A DNA stretch of 64,000 bases from Octopus sinensis (taxonomy: Eukaryota): positions 52,080,001-52,144,000 of the forward strand of contig NC_043007.1 of the NCBI RefSeq assembly GCF_006345805.1. Direction: 5' to 3'. Below are positions 62,787 to 64,000 of this stretch, one piece after another. The position numbers and the translations under genes were made by a program. Position 1 is the first letter of the stretch; every line of letters begins with the position of its first letter. The notes beneath the pieces are model-generated. The model ran no database searches. It had not been told where the DNA came from and worked only from the letters and a program-made list of their open reading frames with translations.

Positions 62787-64000
62787 TGAGGGGTGTTCAT
62801 TAAAAATTTCCCCTGACTCACTTCTGGTTAGTGCAGGAAACAGAACTTGTACAGGTATATTCAAACATGTCTCTACATGTCATATGAATTGCAGCTTTCC
62901 ACTAGTATTCGTTTGTCTTTTACGGCTGCTGAAGTGGACTAAGGTGTTATAATGGAGGCAGATGAATGCAGATCGGTGATCAGGTTTTTATTCTTGAAAG
63001 GTTGTACACCAAAAGGGACTTTCAATGAGATGAAAGAAGTTTATGGTGATGATGCATCACCAGTTCAAATGTGGTTGGATATCGGTGGAAACTGCTCCTG
63101 TTCCTGGACGACCACATTCTGCCACTGATGATGACACCATCCATAAAGTGGAAGCCACCATTTTGGAGGATCATTGCATAACTATTCGGCAACTAGCCCA
63201 AAAAGTGAAGATAAGTGTAGGGTCCATGGAAAAACTCATTCATGACCATTTGCACATGCAGAAGTTGGCTGTATGATGGATTACACGGACACTCACACCT
63301 TTAGAGAAGCAGGAACGAGTCAATTGCACTTAGGCTCTTTAGGCAATGTGTTGAGAAAATGAGAACTTTTTTGGCAGACTTATCACACAGGATGAAATAT
63401 GGGTCCATCACTACGATCCTGAGACTAAAGTCACTGAAGCAATGGAAGCATGATAACTCACCACCTCCAAAGAAGGCTTGTGTCCAACCCTCAGCAGGCA
63501 AGGTGATGCTCAGCCTTTTGGGGCAAGTAGTGCAGAGTAGTGATCATGGATTTTCTGGCAAAAGGCACCACACTTAACAGGGCATATTATGCTTCCCTGC
63601 TACAGAAATTGCGGGACACCATCAAAGTAGAGAGGCGTGGCATACTGTTCAAAGGAGTCCACCTCCTCCAAGACAACATTCCAGTTCACAAAGTGCATGT
63701 TGCCCAGATGAAAGCACATTCCTGTGGCTATAAAATCCTCCCTCATTTCCCTTATTCTCCTGACCTCGCAACATCTGACTTCTACCTCTTTCCAACCATG
63801 AAGTCAGTTTTGAAGGGGAAGCACTTTTCAGATGATGAACTGATTTCTGAGGTAAAGTCTTGACTCCAGATGCAACCTACCAGCTTCTACAGATGAGGTC
63901 TTCACAGCTGCATAAAGCAATGGGAGAAGTGTGTCACCATTGGTGGTGGCTTTGTAGAGAAGGACTAATAATCATGCCAAGATTCATTTATCCCAAACTT
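62787..64000 (+). mobile_element. Degenerate mariner with 5' TIR, same family as 41028-41975
   Basis: TA-TGAGGGGTGTTCATTAAAAATTTCCCCTGAC resembles the reverse complement of the 41941-41973 TIR; QDNIPVH and PYSPDLATSDFYLFP motifs. Confidence 0.88.

Overview
AT-rich, repeat-dense animal genomic DNA. The tRNA-headed SINE families resemble those I know from octopus, so a coleoid cephalopod (probably Octopus) is my inference. There is one 100-N scaffold gap (11757-11856). Two host genes are recognisable from spliced exons. On the minus strand, a UBXN1/SAKS1-like gene has exons at 4916-5047 and 2798-2917. On the plus strand, a MacroD1/2-type ADP-ribose hydrolase has exons at 21059-21089, 24683-24756 and 26073-26163, with a possible last exon at 55598-55746. 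I could not find the 5' exons of either gene. The rest is mostly transposon debris: Penelope-like elements (PLEs), RTE LINEs with a PHD finger inside the RT, Tx1/L1-like LINEs including an ORF1-only element, a CR1-like remnant, mariners, a piggyBac derivative, many SINEs and (TA)n-type microsatellites. The most striking signal is 13 minimal type-I hammerhead-ribozyme-like motifs from about seven sequence families, nearly all at element 3' ends that abut (TA)n. Their cores include canonical CUGAUGA, compensatory U3-A8 variants, A6U and U4C. Several occur as tail-out palindromes, and one follows a tRNA-like Pol III cassette in a PLE 3' UTR. All folds were read by eye; nothing was computed or searched.
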